DNA of 64,000 nt from Chara braunii (taxonomy: Eukaryota > Plantae > Charophyceae), in the NCBI GenBank assembly GCA_003427395.1, contig BFEA01000021.1, forward strand, positions 1,019,561 through 1,083,560. The letters are read 5' to 3'. How positions within the stretch are numbered: the first letter of the stretch is position 1; each line of letters starts with the position of its first letter. The notes below the pieces were generated by a model. That model saw nothing but the letters and a program-made list of their open reading frames with translations. It did not search any database and was not told where the DNA came from. Positions 25,494 through 39,771 of this stretch are shown here, piece after piece. The position numbers and the translations under genes are program-made.

Positions 25494-26519
25494 CTGCCTT
25501 CAAACAAGGTCCCACAAACATGTCCAGACACATACACCAAGAGTCTCATAAGTTACAACCCTCAGGCAACCTCATAGGCAATCAAGTATAGCACAGACCA
25601 TGACCAGCACGGTTGGCAGACTCCAAAAAGCAATAGCATTCCCAGTCCCAGGAACAAAGTAGTGCCACAAACCATTGGACAGCACCCAGCACCAGATAGA
25701 CAAACACGGATTCAAATAGAACAGACACTCAATCCAGAAGACGAGCACCGTCGTAGAAGCCATGTGCTCAGTAGGAGATGGCAGCTTTGGTTGCACGACT
25801 AGCAGCAAGCAGAGGACAGAGAGACTTCCCAAGAGGATGCAGCTGACAGTCAAGGAAGTATCAGAGCGGCCGCCATATGTCCGCCTACCTTCTTCACCAG
25901 TTTGGAACATACGGGGTCATTATTGTTGTACTTTGAGCAATTTTCAGTGTAGATACTGAGAAAATGACCGTAAGTTCTATTTGGGTGATGACAGCAAGTA
26001 TCGTAACATGCCCAAACCTGGCCTTGCCTGCAAAGATACGACTGGTTGGGTGGTGTACGCCCCCAAACATGCAGCAATCTCTCTACATAGAGCTGGGCCC
26101 GATTCTTCAGAAGGGCATAGAGGTGATTTAATGAGGCTTGCAACAGTAGCTTTTGACGTTTGCTGGTTTACATTGGCATCCGTACATTTTCCAGGTTTTG
26201 CAACTGTGAAACAGGCATTTTATAGATATGGACCGTGCCATTTGCCACACAAAACTACCAAGTCAGAACTAAAAAATCCAACTTTAACCCTCCTTTTGGA
26301 ACACTGTGGACCATGACGCACGTCCAACCAGTTAGCACTGCACATACCTTTCTAGCATTTCATTGCTTATTCTGTGTCATCATTTACTCTGCGGACCCTG
26401 AATCTTTTGCTTTCACTCTCTCCCTGTGCTACCTACCAGCCTAGACATCCGAGCCACCGTTGTAACTAAGTAGCAAGTGTGTCTCGAACAGCATAGCAGT
26501 TTGTAAATAGTAGAGTGCA

Positions 26520-26724
26520 TCTAGTACAAATGGACTAGCAGGTCTGAAGCCCCATCCAGACCTTTTCCGAAGTGGGTCCCCAGAGCGGGTCTACCATAAA
26601 TGGACTATAGCAGGTCTAAAGCCCCCTTCGGACCTTTTCCAAAGAGGGCCCCTGGTGTGCGTCTAGTATAAATGGACTATAGCAGGTCTGAAGCACCCTC
26701 CAGACCTTTTCCGAAGTGGGTCCC
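26520..26724. repeat. 70-72 bp tandem repeat x3 with internal hairpin
   Basis: AAATGGACTA..GCAGGTCTGAAGC....CCAGACCTTTTCC..AG.GGG.CCC units. Confidence 0.9.
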
Positions 26725-27003
26725 TCCTATCCGCAATGAAATACCCAAACATTTTACGGAATTCCATTGTGGCAGGCATTCTGGAAAAAAACAGATTTTT
26801 GGTTCGGAAAGAGAAACACATCAAGAGCTCGCATGGATGGTCATCAACATTCTTCATAAGTTTGCTAGTGAGAGAGAGAGAGAGAGAGAACACTGAAAGA
26901 AGAAAAACAGGGAGTGAAGAGCGATAAGAACCAGTGCACATTTAAAATTAAAAAAAGGCTATTCCTCAAGACATTTTAAAGACATTGGCGAGATAGAAAG
27001 GGT

Positions 27004-27072
<69 letters not shown>

Positions 27073-27080
27073 TTCCTTAC

Positions 27081-27298
27081 GTGGGTGCTAATGAAGGCTT
27101 CATGAGATGAAAATAGCTGTACAGCGTGTGATTCATGATGAAGTTCCCCGTGTACTTGGACGAATTGATCAGGTATACCACGGCAATCATCAACGGAAGA
27201 AGGATCCCAACTCCCACCAGGCCTGCCAACAGGATGCCCCCTGTCGCTCCATCAATATTGAGCATAAATGCTGGAAGTGCAATTCCCACACTCATCCC
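27081..27298 (-). CDS. SEC63: SEC63/ERdj2 exon 5 (third TM segment)
   Basis: [24 protein letters not shown]...[36 protein letters not shown] boundaries, 218 nt. Confidence 0.96.
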
Positions 27299-27729
27299 CT
27301 GTGCACACATCCGCCCACCCATACTCACTCGAATGGGGGGGGAAACCAACCCACAACCAACAGGCGATCAAACACATCCCTGACATCCCTTCTCCCTCCT
27401 CCCCATTTTCTCCCATTCATGCATCAGCAGCCAGCCAGCGACACAAACACCTTGTATTATATTATTGGGTCTCAAACGACCACAAATCACATAGGAATCC
27501 TCTGGATATTGAGATAATAATCACACAACGAACTGGGGCACAACATGAAAGCGCAGCAAACACAGACCAAATGGTGCAGAGGCAAACTGCATAAAGCAGA
27601 GACAAACACACATGCATAAGAAACACCCTCAAGTCACAGAAACACACGCGAATATAGAAGCATGGTTCCATCCACTCCGCCCCTCCCCTCCGCCCACAAC
27701 AAGGTGGGCACACTCTGTTTAAAGACCAC

Positions 27730-27970
27730 AACCCACATTTGCTGCCCATTATGTCCTACTGAAAATCTCCAACCACCCACATTTCCTGCCCATTATGCGA
27801 TACTAATAACAATCTTCAACTACCCACATTTGCTGCCCATTATGTCGTATTGACCATCTCCAACCACCCACATTTCCTGCCCATTATGCGATACTAATAA
27901 CCATCTTCAACTACCCACATTTCCTGCCCATTATGCCATACTAATAACAATCTTCAACTACCCACATTTG
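27730..27970. repeat. ~50 bp tandem repeat, about 5 copies
   Basis: CCCACATTT(G/C)CTGCCCATTATG recurring. Confidence 0.9.
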
Positions 27971-28029
27971 CTCCCCGCCTTAACACCATACCACTGCTCT
28001 CCAACAGTTCCGCATGCAGGGGTGAAAAC

Positions 28030-28500
28030 AGGGGGCAGAAAGAAACTTTCTTCCATTTTTTTATCCCTACCATATAACCCAATTGGCAGATTACAACAGT
28101 TAATACAGAGTTTCAGCTGGGATAGCATTGCCACAATTTTAAGGGGAGCACCTAGCTGCCACTGATCACAGCGCATTCTTGGACTGCAGGACAACCAAAC
28201 TCAGCGGCGAGGCGATCGTAAGAGCTGTTTCGATGTCCACCGTCTTTAAAACAGGATTCCAAATGTGTGGGGGCAGAAAGAAACTTTCTTCCATTTTTTT
28301 ATCCCAAAGGTATAACCCAATTGGCAGATTACAACAGTGCATACACAGTTTCAACTGGGATAGCATTGCCACAATTTTAAGGGGAGCACCTAGCTGCCAC
28401 TGATCACAGCGCATTCTTGGACTGCAGAACAACCAAACTCAGCGGCCAGGCGATCGTAAGAGCTGTTTCAATGTCCACCGTCTTTAAAACAGGATTCCAA
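28030..28500. repeat. 238 bp tandem duplication
   Basis: GGGGCAGAAAGAAAC...ACAGGATTCCAAA present twice; gives duplicated ORFs in the track. Confidence 0.92.
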
Positions 28501-29016
28501 AAGCACCACATTTTTGTTAGCGTTTCTCTTTTGTTGGACGGTGCATGGGATAGCTTTTTCGCATGGCTGCAGCGACGAAAAGAGTTCCGTTACCCAGGGG
28601 GAACTACCACATTACGACAAAAGGGGTTGAATTGACAGGAAGAGCCTCCTTCCAAAGGAGCGGACATACACAGCCATTGTTTCACATTCAGAACTCCCAC
28701 TCAGGAGAGCGGAGGTACATGCACGATTCTTTCGCAAACCAAATGAATAGCTCCATGGAGTAGCACAGCAAGAACTTCAACATTAACCCACCATTACCTC
28801 CAAGACTAAACTGTAGCGGGGAACGGCCTACCGGCCATTGCCAGCCTTCTCGGTATGGTAGGCCACCCCCTTTTTTTCTCGGCACCTGGTTATTAGGGGT
28901 TGGCAGAGGGTAGAGGGTAGTCGGACGGGGTATCGGTGGTTTAGCAAGACTGGAGTCATACAAGCCAACAAAACGTCAAAAAGGAAGAGGAAAAGAAAAG
29001 AACAAATTATATATCG

Positions 29017-29145
29017 CCAAACAGAACTGGCCAGTAAACCATAGGCAGAGAGGGAGAAGAGGACTACACACTAGGAGCTGTGACAGGGCTATGACAGACT
29101 GTTTCATCACAGTTTCACCAACTCATCCGGGGGGTGAATGCGATA
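29017..29145 (-). mobile_element. Hammerhead-bearing short repeat, degenerate copy (intron 4)
   Basis: Reverse strand: CGGATGA-GTTGG-TGAAACT-GTGAT-GAAA-CAGTCTGTC, followed by the same GTCCTCTTCTCCCTCTCTGCCTA.GGTTTAC flank. Confidence 0.72.
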
Positions 29146-29505
29146 CATAAGACTAATATTTAAGGGAGAAAAGGGACAAATGGGCAGAAACGTTTGGGGT
29201 CAGAAATCAAGTTCAACGAATTTCATTCAAGTAATAGAGAAAAAGTTTTAAAACTTGAAAAAAGGAAAAAAGAAAATATGGACATATCCTAAGGTCCCAT
29301 ACTTCGGGAAATCTATACCTTCTTTTTACTAAAATGGCCAACGAAAAAAAAAAAAGGCCGCAAGTGCTGCATGCAACTGCATTTGGCCACCACGTACAGC
29401 CAAATCAGCAATCAGCAAACTCAAAAGCGTCCACAAAAAAAAAAAGAAACTGGACAGTGGCTCAAATGACAACTGGAAAGAAATTCTGGATTCAGCTTTT
29501 TATAC

Positions 29506-29612
29506 CTGGTGCCCATCAGGATGACCGTACTCTTCATAATTCTTTCTGGCTGTTTCATCCGTCAATGCTTTGTAAGCCTTCGCAATCTTTTCCGCAAAGT
29601 ATTTTGCCGCCT
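29506..29612 (-). CDS. SEC63: SEC63/ERdj2 exon 4 (J-domain C-terminal half); absent from the supplied ORF track
   Basis: (E)[35 protein letters not shown] read directly from the reverse strand. TGCAG acceptor, GTATA donor, 107 nt restores phase 0. Confidence 0.95.
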
Positions 29613-31921
29613 CTGCAGACAAATAGAACATCAACACCACATGCATCATTAGCATACACTGCCATCTCCAAACGTATTTGTGCAGAAATTTAGAATCCAG
29701 TAGTAGAATGCGAAAAAGGTGAAAAATGTATCTACAAACAACATGGCCCGGACGTGTCTCTTACCCCTTAAAACATAAATAATAAATATCGGTTTGCCCA
29801 CGGTTACAATCCGTACATTCAATATCAATGTGCATCCACTGTCCAGCGTATTTTCTGCAGTTAAAGTCAATGAGAATTTCCAAAAATAGCAGAAAAAGAA
29901 GCTTCTCTGTGCAGTACAGGAATGTGAACAACCTTTGGCTGAAGGACACCTCAGATTCCTCAGCAAAGCCAAAAAAAGAAAAGGGAAGGGCATATTGCTG
30001 AACTCTTCTTTCAGGTTCTTTTGTATTCAACGCAGATGGAGTCAGCCAGACAGTCTTGAGATCCACTGTCTTTCACTGAAAATAAACCATGGTCATCATG
30101 GCTGTATCTGGCCCAAAAATACCTGCGTACGGTGGCAATGAACACACCATGCGACACAGAAGATACAAGGTCTGTTGTACATGTTCTAAATAAATGGTAC
30201 TTTTGTTAACTTCCTAAAGAGTATTTTGTTCACCTGGTCATTGCAGGGCCGGTTCACCCGGGAAAACAGGGTGACCCGGGCGGCCCGGCTGGTAGCAAGG
30301 AATTTTTTGAATGTGTCCCCCGCAATTTTGGGGTCCAACCGAAGCTGCCACCAATTTGCTGAATACTAGCTAAGGGCCCACTGTGCGGGCGACGCCCGCA
30401 GAAATAACAAATGCAGTGGGTGACCTCACACTGCATTTCAGATGGCTCGCTTCCAAGATGTCCGTCCGCAGAAACAACGACGGCCTACCGGGGGGCACAA
30501 AACGACAGCTGCACGAGAAATGAAAAAAGAAAGGAAAAAAAAAGGGGAGACACAAAACGACAGTCGCAAGACATGAAAAAAGGAGAGGGGGACAAAACGA
30601 AGGCCAACCAGGGGAAACAAAACAAAAAAAAGCCACCCACATATCGGATGGCTCGCCTCCAAGATGTTTGTCCGCATCAACGCCAGTCGTGTGCCCCACC
30701 CCCGGGCCGCACACTCTCGTTTAATGGCATGCAACATTTCGGTACGCACACCCCTCTGCACACTCCCCCGCCCTCGATCGCCTTCATCCGCCACCCCTCA
30801 CCAAAACTTCGACCCGAATCCTGCACGCAGCGCATCAAGGACCTCCCCCCCGCGGCCAATGTTGCTTAAGGGATAGGATAACGCCCGCGCGTTACAAGCA
30901 AATATAACGCCCCGCGGATGTTATATTCGTACACAACACCCGGCTTTATATTCGGCGCGCAGCGCGTCATGGACCTTCCCCCCATGGCCAATGCTGTTTA
31001 AGGGGTAGGCTAACGCCCAGGCGTTACAAGCAAATATAACGCCCAGCGGGCGTTATATTCGTATACAACGCCCAGACATTATATCTGTGTACAACCTGGC
31101 ATTATTTTCGGGTGAAGTTCCCTGCCTCACGCGACTGGCCCGACCATCAAATTTTAGCTTGTTTGCCCTAAAAGGCCCTTAGGAATTGGAAGTCCCTTCA
31201 ACGAAACAATCTTCCAAATTCATTGGACAATCAGCAGGCACGCCATAGCTTACAACCATCTAGAAATTGTCCGGAAAATGCGGATAAACCTGCTACCCCC
31301 AGATGTTCCGGTCAGATGATCCGGCCAGGAATGCTGTGCTACCTAAACCTTTTCCCTCTTTATATCCCTTTATTTTCTCTTTTCTTTTCTCTTTTGTATC
31401 CCTCTTTCTCTTTTCTGTTCTCCTCCTAAAAGGGCAGCAACCTTGAGATATCATCATCGGACTGACCGGCTCCACGAAATTCAGCGTTACTTAACTGATC
31501 CCATCAGGATTCAAAATCAGGTCTGTTTATCAACAGCTGATGGGTGCTCTTTTGCTTCTTCTTGACAGCAATGGCAACTTAAACAGGAGTGATTAACATG
31601 GTGTCCATTGTTGACTTTCTAAGTCAACATTTCTTTCAGAACTAAAAATAACAACACACAATCTCTGCGTTACAATGCTTTTCCAAAAACAATGGGGGGG
31701 AAAACCGTACCAGGGACCGGAGGGGTTGGGCAACCATAGAATTGGACCAGGAAGTAATACCCAGCAAGTTTCCTGACAGACAAAAATTTTGAAAAAAAAT
31801 CAAAAAAATAAATAAATAATAAAAAATCAGAAGTCCACCGATGTCGCTACAGTTGCTAAACATATACCGCACCAAGTGATCAACCCAGTCGAGGATACGA
31901 AGGACCACCTTGGTTGCTTAC

Positions 31922-32042
31922 CTGGGCTAGGATTCTTATCAGGATGGTATTCGAGTGATTTTTTGCGGTATGCCTTCTTCACGTCGGCCAACGTCGCGCT
32001 GTGTTGGAGTTCAAGAATGCTGAAAGGATCAAATGGAGCTGC
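31922..32042 (-). CDS. SEC63: SEC63/ERdj2 exon 3 (J-domain with HPD motif)
   Basis: AAPFDPFSILELQHSATLADVKKAYRKKSLEYHPDKNPSP. CAG acceptor, GTAAGC donor, 121 nt (ends phase 1). Confidence 0.96.
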
Positions 32043-35000
32043 CTGACAAGTGATGCACACACCACCGCACCCTGTCAACCGATCTATCGGTGAAAGTACT
32101 CTTTTGCTCCCTCAGATTTCCCAAAAGTGAACTATTTCCTTTCCGCAGCCTAGGCACTGCTCTCTCAAACATGCGATAGCAAGTCTCAACTTTCCAGCTT
32201 TAAATCGCCAGTACATCGCCCGGGCTTAACCACATCCAAGTTCATTCTCAAGCACATCATATGTACCAAATAAGTGAGTTCGTCAGTACCTGGGTACATC
32301 CAAGTTCAAAGAACTGAGTTCGTTCTCAAGTACATAGTGAGTATGTCGATATTGACTACGACGCACTGTCTCTGTGACAAAATGTTTTTTTCTTTAAAAA
32401 CAAAGAAAACAGCAGTTCTTCCTACATGTTCCTTTGTTCAGGAGGACTCAGGACTAGCAAAAGGCATGGGTGACAGAGAAACTTGCAGGATGTGTACATT
32501 ACGCCGGACTCCATCTGTACGTAACATGAACCAGATGGTGTCATGATCAACATCTGAACAACAACCACCCTTTCCCGCAGCATCTTCTACAGGAAAGAGG
32601 AAAAACTGAACAGTTTCCAAGGTGTGACAGTTTTCCAAGGTGTGACAAAAACTCTATTTGCTGTGAGTTTCCGTTGTATTGTACAATTCAAAATTATTGG
32701 GTTCGGAAATTTTGTGAAGAAAGACGACCTGTCGGTCAAATGCAGCCTCTGAACTCCAGGTATATTATGTTCATCTGCATTCTCAATAAAATATTGAATA
32801 CAATATAACAAAACAATTGATCGATATGCAAGGAATATGAGTGTGAACGATATACACAAAACCAATCTGCAAAATCACACAGATGTCCAGGTAGTCATAT
32901 CCAAGCAGAGAGTACAAAATGCACCAAGAAACCATCCATATAGAGCAATACAATGAAGTAATGAGCCAATGTTCAAGCCCGTAGGCCACACCAATACAGT
33001 ATCCAAAGTCGCTCCTCTCCTGTATGGCGCCCAGCGCCCAAAGTCGCTCCTCTCCTGTATGGCGCCCAGCGCCCAGCCTACTCTGCCCGACTATCCTACC
33101 TACAGCTGGTTCATGCAACAGGCTCACTTTGACTCTCAAAGACCAATGTACATAACTGTCAACACCATAGCTGACCTCTCTTCATGCACCAGGTACGCAT
33201 CTCGTCACCCTCAATCAGACCTTGATTACCCACACTCGCCTCCTTCCCTGAAGACCACCTGATCGCCCTCCTACCCCCTTGTGCCCAGCAGCCCGGCTAT
33301 GGCTGCCTGCGCCCTGCTGCCCTGCAGCGCCCCACCTCCCCACTACGCGCCCCGTCAGCGCCCTTGGCAGCAGCGCAGCATCAAGCGATAGCGCAGCAAC
33401 ACCTCCGCATTGCCGGCACTGGCCAGAATACCTGGCCTGGGCTGCCTCACTTCTTTTAGGGAAGTGGCAGCCTCCTGGATGCTGCATGTGGCCTGGCTGG
33501 AAGCTTCCAGTAGCTTCCGGTTGGGCCTCAGACCCTGTGCCCAGGCCCGAGACTACAGTTGAGGGCCTGGGCCCTTTTCAGTTGGGCACGGCCTGAGCAT
33601 CCGGACTTGGGCTGTTTGCTGCATCTGTGCAGGGCTCCCAGGTAGGTGTGTCGCCAGTACTGCTTTTCCAACGGCCGATGGCCTGCTTCCCAATGTATCG
33701 GCCCTGCTTTGTGTGTATGTGCCCAGGCGCAACTGTCAAAGCCTGGGCCAACTGTATGACGCAGCTTAGTGAAGCTCACGCATCTACCCAACCAACTAGC
33801 ATGCTGCAAGAGCCTGAACACCCACATATGGAAATGTCAAATTTTGGCCTCTGACGAATATTCAGGCCCACCTTCACTTAGGGCGGGCACTCGGCGTGCT
33901 GGGGTATAGCGACAACACGCACTCACACTGACGCCCACCCGCCCGCAACATGGACTCACACTGACGCCCGCAGCACGCACTCACACGAACGTCCACCCGC
34001 CCATCCACCCGCGAGCGCAAGCACACGCACAAACACACGCACACAAATGCATCATGGGCAGCCTGTTGGGGTTCGGTTCCTAATGAATTATGAAATCCAA
34101 CGAAAGTCTGGCACAATCATGCATTCTTTGGAGTGCCTGTGCACGTGCACGTGAGAGAGAGAGAGAGAGAGAGAGAGAGCCCAAACACCCCAGCATGATG
34201 ACTGCAATACATCGCAGTTCCATAGCTGGGGGTTGGGAAACGAAGTTGAAGATCGCACTGCTGCTATTCTGCGGCTCTGCACGAGAGCTTCCACAGGACT
34301 GTGTTNNNNNNNNNNNNNNNNNNNNNNNNNNNNNNNNNNNNNNNNNNNNNNNNNNNNNNNNNNNNNNNNNNNNNNNNNNNNNNNNNNNNNNNNNNNNNNN
34401 NNNNNNNNNNNNNNNNNNNNNNNNNNNNNNNNNNNNNNNNNNNNNNNNNNNNNNNNNNNNNNNNNNNNNNNNNNNNNNNNNNNNNNNNNNNNNNNNNNNN
34501 NNNNNNNNNNNNNNNNNNNNNNNNNNNNNNNNNNNNNNNNNNNNNNNNNNCGAGAGCTTCCACAGGACTGTGTTGATGGGTTTGGGCGCTGCCATTTTCC
34601 ACTTGGCAGCCATATCTGTTTTTCCTCCTCACGAGGAACATCTTCAAAGTGCTGGATCGGTTGTCTCCTTCTTCATCAGGACTTCCAGTGCCGCACTTCC
34701 ACGCGGGTGCTGAGCTGGCGCTGCTATCATTGGGATTGCTGGTTCAGATTGGCACGTTTGTGACAGCTGTGGGGTTGCTGCTGCTACGGCAGCCATAGCC
34801 AGGGAGGGGTATGAGGTGGCGAGGAAGAAGAAGACTCCTGCATACTTCGTTGAACACTTGTTTTTGGTTGTTCAGGGTTGTTGTAAACGCGGTTGTGATT
34901 CTTGGAACAAGTACTCTGGATTGATTGGAGGAGGACGAGGGATTGCAGATTTGAAATTCGTTTCTCAATTCTGTGTGTATTTTGAGCTTCCACTGTCCAT

Positions 35001-36930
35001 ATCTTCTCTCCGGTTTTGTGTGGATTTGCCTCCTTCGAGTCTACTCTGCAATTGCATGCGTGTATGGGAACGTGTGAATTCGCTGTGGATTGAAGTTCAA
35101 TCGGGTACATAACAATGACGAATGAAGACGACAACGAAGATGAAAGATGAGCAGCACGATTTACGAGGAGAAGGTAAGATGACAATGGCGTCAGGAATTG
35201 GAAAAGGGGGCAGAAACAGGGTATGGTGGTTTCGTTTTACTTTCCTTGCCGACTGTGATCGCAAAAGGGAGAAGAAGCAACATGACATGGTGATGGGATT
35301 GAGTTGGGAAAGAGGAGGAAAAGGTAATTGGGAGAGAGAGAATGACGTGAAGTACTCTGGGTCCAAATGCAATGGGGAGAGAAAGGAGGATGTGGGGGAA
35401 TCAGGATGAGAGGAAGATGGTGTGGCAGTTGTTGGGGGAGATCGGGGAGAAGGAAAACAAGTACAGCCATTGTGGGGGAGTTGGGATCAGGAAAAAGACG
35501 AGGGGGAGGGGGCACACACGAATTGGGAGGAAAAGGAGAAAAAGGGGAATGAAGAGGAGCCCGTGAGAATTAGGGAAAGGAGGGGGGAGAAGTTCAGCAG
35601 TAGGCACAGTAGGACGGTGGGGGATCAGAGAATTTGATGAGGGGAAGTGTGACAGTGCGGGTGGAGGGGGAAAGGGGGAGGGTTAGGGGGGAAGTAGGGT
35701 GGTGCTGGGGGGATGCTGGGGGGATGCTAAAGGTGCAAAATCGCACCACATGGCTGCACCACATGGAGCAATTTTATTTTATTTTCTTTCTCTTTTTCTC
35801 CGTTATTTGTGTTAGTGTATTTCGCACCACATGGCTGCACCACGTGGAGCAATTTTATTTTATTTTCTTTCTCTTTTTCTCCGTTATTTGTGTTAGTGCA
35901 TGTGTCTGCGCGTGTGAGAGAGTGGGGGGAAAGGGGAGACGCAAAAGGGGGGAAAGCTAAGGGTAAGTCGGAGGAAGAAGGTTGGGGGTTGGAGGCGCGG
36001 AATCACCCACGTGGTTAGGATACNNNNNNNNNNNNNNNNNNNNNNNNNNNNNNNNNNNNNNNNNNNNNNNNNNNNNNNNNNNNNNNNNNNNNNNNNNNNN
36101 NNNNNNNNNNNNNNNNNNNNNNNNNNNNNNNNNNNNNNNNNNNNNNNNNNNNNNNNNNNNNNNNNNNNNNNNNNNNNNNNNNNNNNNNNNNNNNNNNNNN
36201 NNNNNNNNNNNNNNNNNNNNNNNNNNNNNNNNNNNNNNNNNNNNNNNNNNNNNNNNNNNNNNNNNNNNNNNNNNNNNNNNNNNNNNNNNNNNNNNNNNNN
36301 NNNNNNNNNNNNNNNNNNNNNNNNNNNNNNNNNNNNNNNNNNNNNNNNNNNNNNNNNNNNNNNNNNNNNNNNNNNNNGGGGAATGAAGAGGGGGCGTGTG
36401 AGAATTGGGGAATGGACGGGAGAGAAGGGCAGCGGAAGGCACAGTAGGACAGAGGGGGGATCAAAGAATTTGATCGGGGTAAGTGCGACAAAACGGGCGG
36501 AGGGGGGACCGGGGAGGGTGAGGGGGATATCGGGCGGGTACAGGGGGGAAGGTTGAAGGTGCGAAATCGTGCCACGTGGCATCACACCACGTGGCTGCGT
36601 GGCACGATTTTTTTTTCATTTTCACCGTTATTTATGTATTTGTGTGTTTGCGTGTGTGTGCGTGAGAGAGAGAGAGAGAGATGGGGGGCCGAGGAAGAGG
36701 GGAGGGCTACGGGGAAGAGGCGGGGTCCCTGCGGCATTGAATGCACAAAAGCGATTCATTTTCCATTTTTTTTCTTTCATCTCTTCGTTATGTGTCATGT
36801 ATATATGCATGTGTGTGTGTGAGACACAGAGAGAGAGAGAGATGGGGGATGGGGAAGTGTGGAGGTATAAAGAGAAGTCAGCAGAGGGGGGCGCGATCTT
36901 TTTTTATCTCTTTTCTTTACCGTTCATGTC

Positions 36931-36966
<36 letters not shown>

Positions 36967-37197
36967 TGGGCGAGGGCGAAGGGGGAAGAGGGAAGGGTTA
37001 AGAGGGAGTGGGGGGGTTGGTATGGGGGACGGTAAGGAGGAAAACGGGGGCGGGGGCGTGTTAATGGCGCGGTGCACGGGTAATCTTTTCGTTTGTTTCC
37101 TGTCCTTTTTTCTTCTTTTTTTTCGAGTGAGCTTCTGTGTGTGCGTGCGTGTGTTGTGTGTGTGTGTGTTGTCATATTCGCTATACACTCAAAAAAA

Positions 37198-37255
37198 GCA
37201 TGACTGTGCCGAACAGACTGTTTCGTCGGACTTTCACCGACTCATCAGGAGGTTG
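37198..37255 (-). ncRNA. Hammerhead motif, 5'-truncated (perfect core and stem II, no substrate strand)
   Basis: Reverse strand: CAA-CCTC-CTGATGA-GTCGG-TGAAAGT-CCGAC-GAAA-CAGTCTG. Downstream CACAGTCATGC resembles the 18.8 kb copy. Confidence 0.8.
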
Positions 37256-38284
37256 TGTGTGAGTGAGAGAGAGAGAGAGACAGAGTTTGCATGGGTAGGT
37301 TGCCTCCGCCATTCATGCATCAACTGTCGCATTCATTTTTGCGAGCGAAGCCATAACAGGTCATCTAGTAGAATATAATATATTACTCATTTCCAGAATA
37401 TGAAAGATTTTCTGGATAACAGTAAACAAGGAGACAAGCAGTGGCACAAAAACAGTGTAGCGGGTAGACAGGTGGGCCGAGGCAGATTGCTGAATTCTGT
37501 CCCAAACACTGGAGGGTTTCCCCACTCTGTCGATTGCTCAGAGCCTTCTGCGTTTGCTCCCGTGTAAAAGAGGAAACAGGCGGGGACGGGGAAGGGGATT
37601 TGAGCTCATGATCTATGTATCAACAGCTGAATGTGCGCAGCACTCAGCATCTGACCTCGTGACCAGTTTATCAAATGGCCTACCATCACAAGAGATACGC
37701 AGCCTTCAATTTAGGAAGTAGATATTGCAGGTAAAATAAAGGAACCGAAGTTAACGTTTGCTTTTGCTCAATCACACTGTTGTTGTCAATATAATTCTCT
37801 GAGGCCACGAGAGACTGGATTAGCAAGGAGCCAGTATTGGGGGACCAGAGCACTTTATGTTTTAAAATACGTTTGTTTCGTTGTTCTTCCTTTCTTCCTC
37901 AGCCTTCTCGACTCCCAACCCCGTCTCTTCTCCCCCGATACCGATTCCAACTCCCATACCGATTCCAACTCCCATCCCGATTTCCATCCCCGATCAACCC
38001 CTTTCCCCGATCCCAATTCTGTACCCCTCTTTACGCGCTTCCTCTCTCCGATCCCGATTCTTCCCGAGTTCCGACACAGTGTGGGAGAGGAGGGATGGGG
38101 TTCCGAAGCAAGGGATGAGGGGGGACGGAGGACAGAGTCGAGATCTGGGGAGGAGGGGAGGGGGGGAATCGGGATCGGGGAAATGGAGCACTGTCGGGAT
38201 TGTACGGGGAAGAGGGAGAAAGATTGAGACCACCGGACGAAGTCGGAGTTGGAGGGAGGGAAAGAATCGAGATCGGAAAGGGAT

Positions 38285-38322
<38 letters not shown>

Positions 38323-38413
38323 ATACAGCATCAGGTAAGTCTCCAAAGCCGCGGCTGGCACTTCACTATTACGCGTGTGTGTGTGTGTGAGAGAGAGAGA
38401 GAAAGAGAGAGAG

Positions 38414-38453
<40 letters not shown>

Positions 38454-38677
38454 CGACGTGAGAACTCGGGATCAAGTCGGGATTGGAAAAGGGGTGACGA
38501 ACATGGAAATCGGGATGAGTACGGGAAAGAAAATTCGGGGTGAGAAGTGGGAGATGAGATGGACTCGGGATAGGAGACGTAGCGAGTCGGGATGGAGAGA
38601 GAGGCGGGGAGGGGGAAGGGGTGGCGATTGTGAGAGGATGGGGGAGGTTCGGAAGACGAGGGAGTCCGAAGGAAATT

Positions 38678-38758
<81 letters not shown>

Positions 38759-39673
38759 CAGAGAGAGAGTAGCGATGAGCAAAATCGATCGAATTTTCCA
38801 CTATAACGCCGAAATATGATTGCTACACAGCCGTGTGTGTGTGTGTGTGAAATCGAGATGGAGTCGGGATAGAAGACGTGGGGAGTCGGGATGAAGAGAA
38901 AAGGGCGGGGCGGAGGGAGGACGAGTGTGGTGTGTGTGTTGGGAGTCGAGATCGAGTCGAGATAGGACACATGGGGAGTCGGGATGAAGAGAAAAGGGCG
39001 GGGAGAAGCGGGAATGACTGTGGTTTCTTTTTTCCTTTTTTTTTCTACAACAAAAAGGGCTTATGCCATCACCATTTTCGTGTGTATTTTTTTTTATTTT
39101 TTTTTGGTCTTTTTCAGTTCACGCATCTTTTTCGTTTGTTTTTTTTTTTATACAAGGACAACGACCTTAAGGATTATTAATTTTATTGTTTTTTTTTTGG
39201 GTCTTTTTCCGTTCGGACATGTATTTCTTTTTTTTTTTTTTTAAAGCGCGACGGCCTTGAGATATCAGTTTTAAAAAAAGAGCGACGGCCTTGAGATATC
39301 AGTCGGGATGAGCAGGTCGGCAACCTCACTTTTCGGTTCGAGGCTTTTTGTGCCCAACTCTGTTTTTTCTTCACCTAAACACACACACACACACACACAC
39401 ACACCCCGCATTACTAACCTTCTGCGATTGGCTCCTTTCTCTTGCTGGGGAGCCTATCACCCGCAACAACGGAAAGGGGGTTCCTAAAGGAAGGCCTTGG
39501 AAAACAGAACCAAAAAAAAAACGCTGCAAAGTTGCCCCGGCATTCTTCGAAATGGAGAGACGGACGAGAAGTTTTCATTGTCGCGCGGGATAGAGAGAGA
39601 GAGAGAGAAAGAGACAGAGAGAAATAGATTAGATACGTGGATACAGCAGATACATAGATTAGGGAGAGAGAGA

Positions 39674-39705
<32 letters not shown>

Positions 39706-39771
39706 TTGGATACGTGGATAGATAGAGCAGATACATAGATTAGGGTGTATGTCGTTTGTCCCTGTGTAAGT

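Noticed and set aside
25560-26200. Cys-rich stop-interrupted frame in intron 5, a possible TE remnant
   Set aside because: No family could be named from the sequence.
34551-35110. Possible transposase or zinc-knuckle remnant in intron 2, next to an N gap
   Set aside because: Stop-interrupted with no diagnostic motif; would need BLASTX.
34080-36585. ORFs spanning N runs
   Set aside because: Artefacts of assembly gaps.
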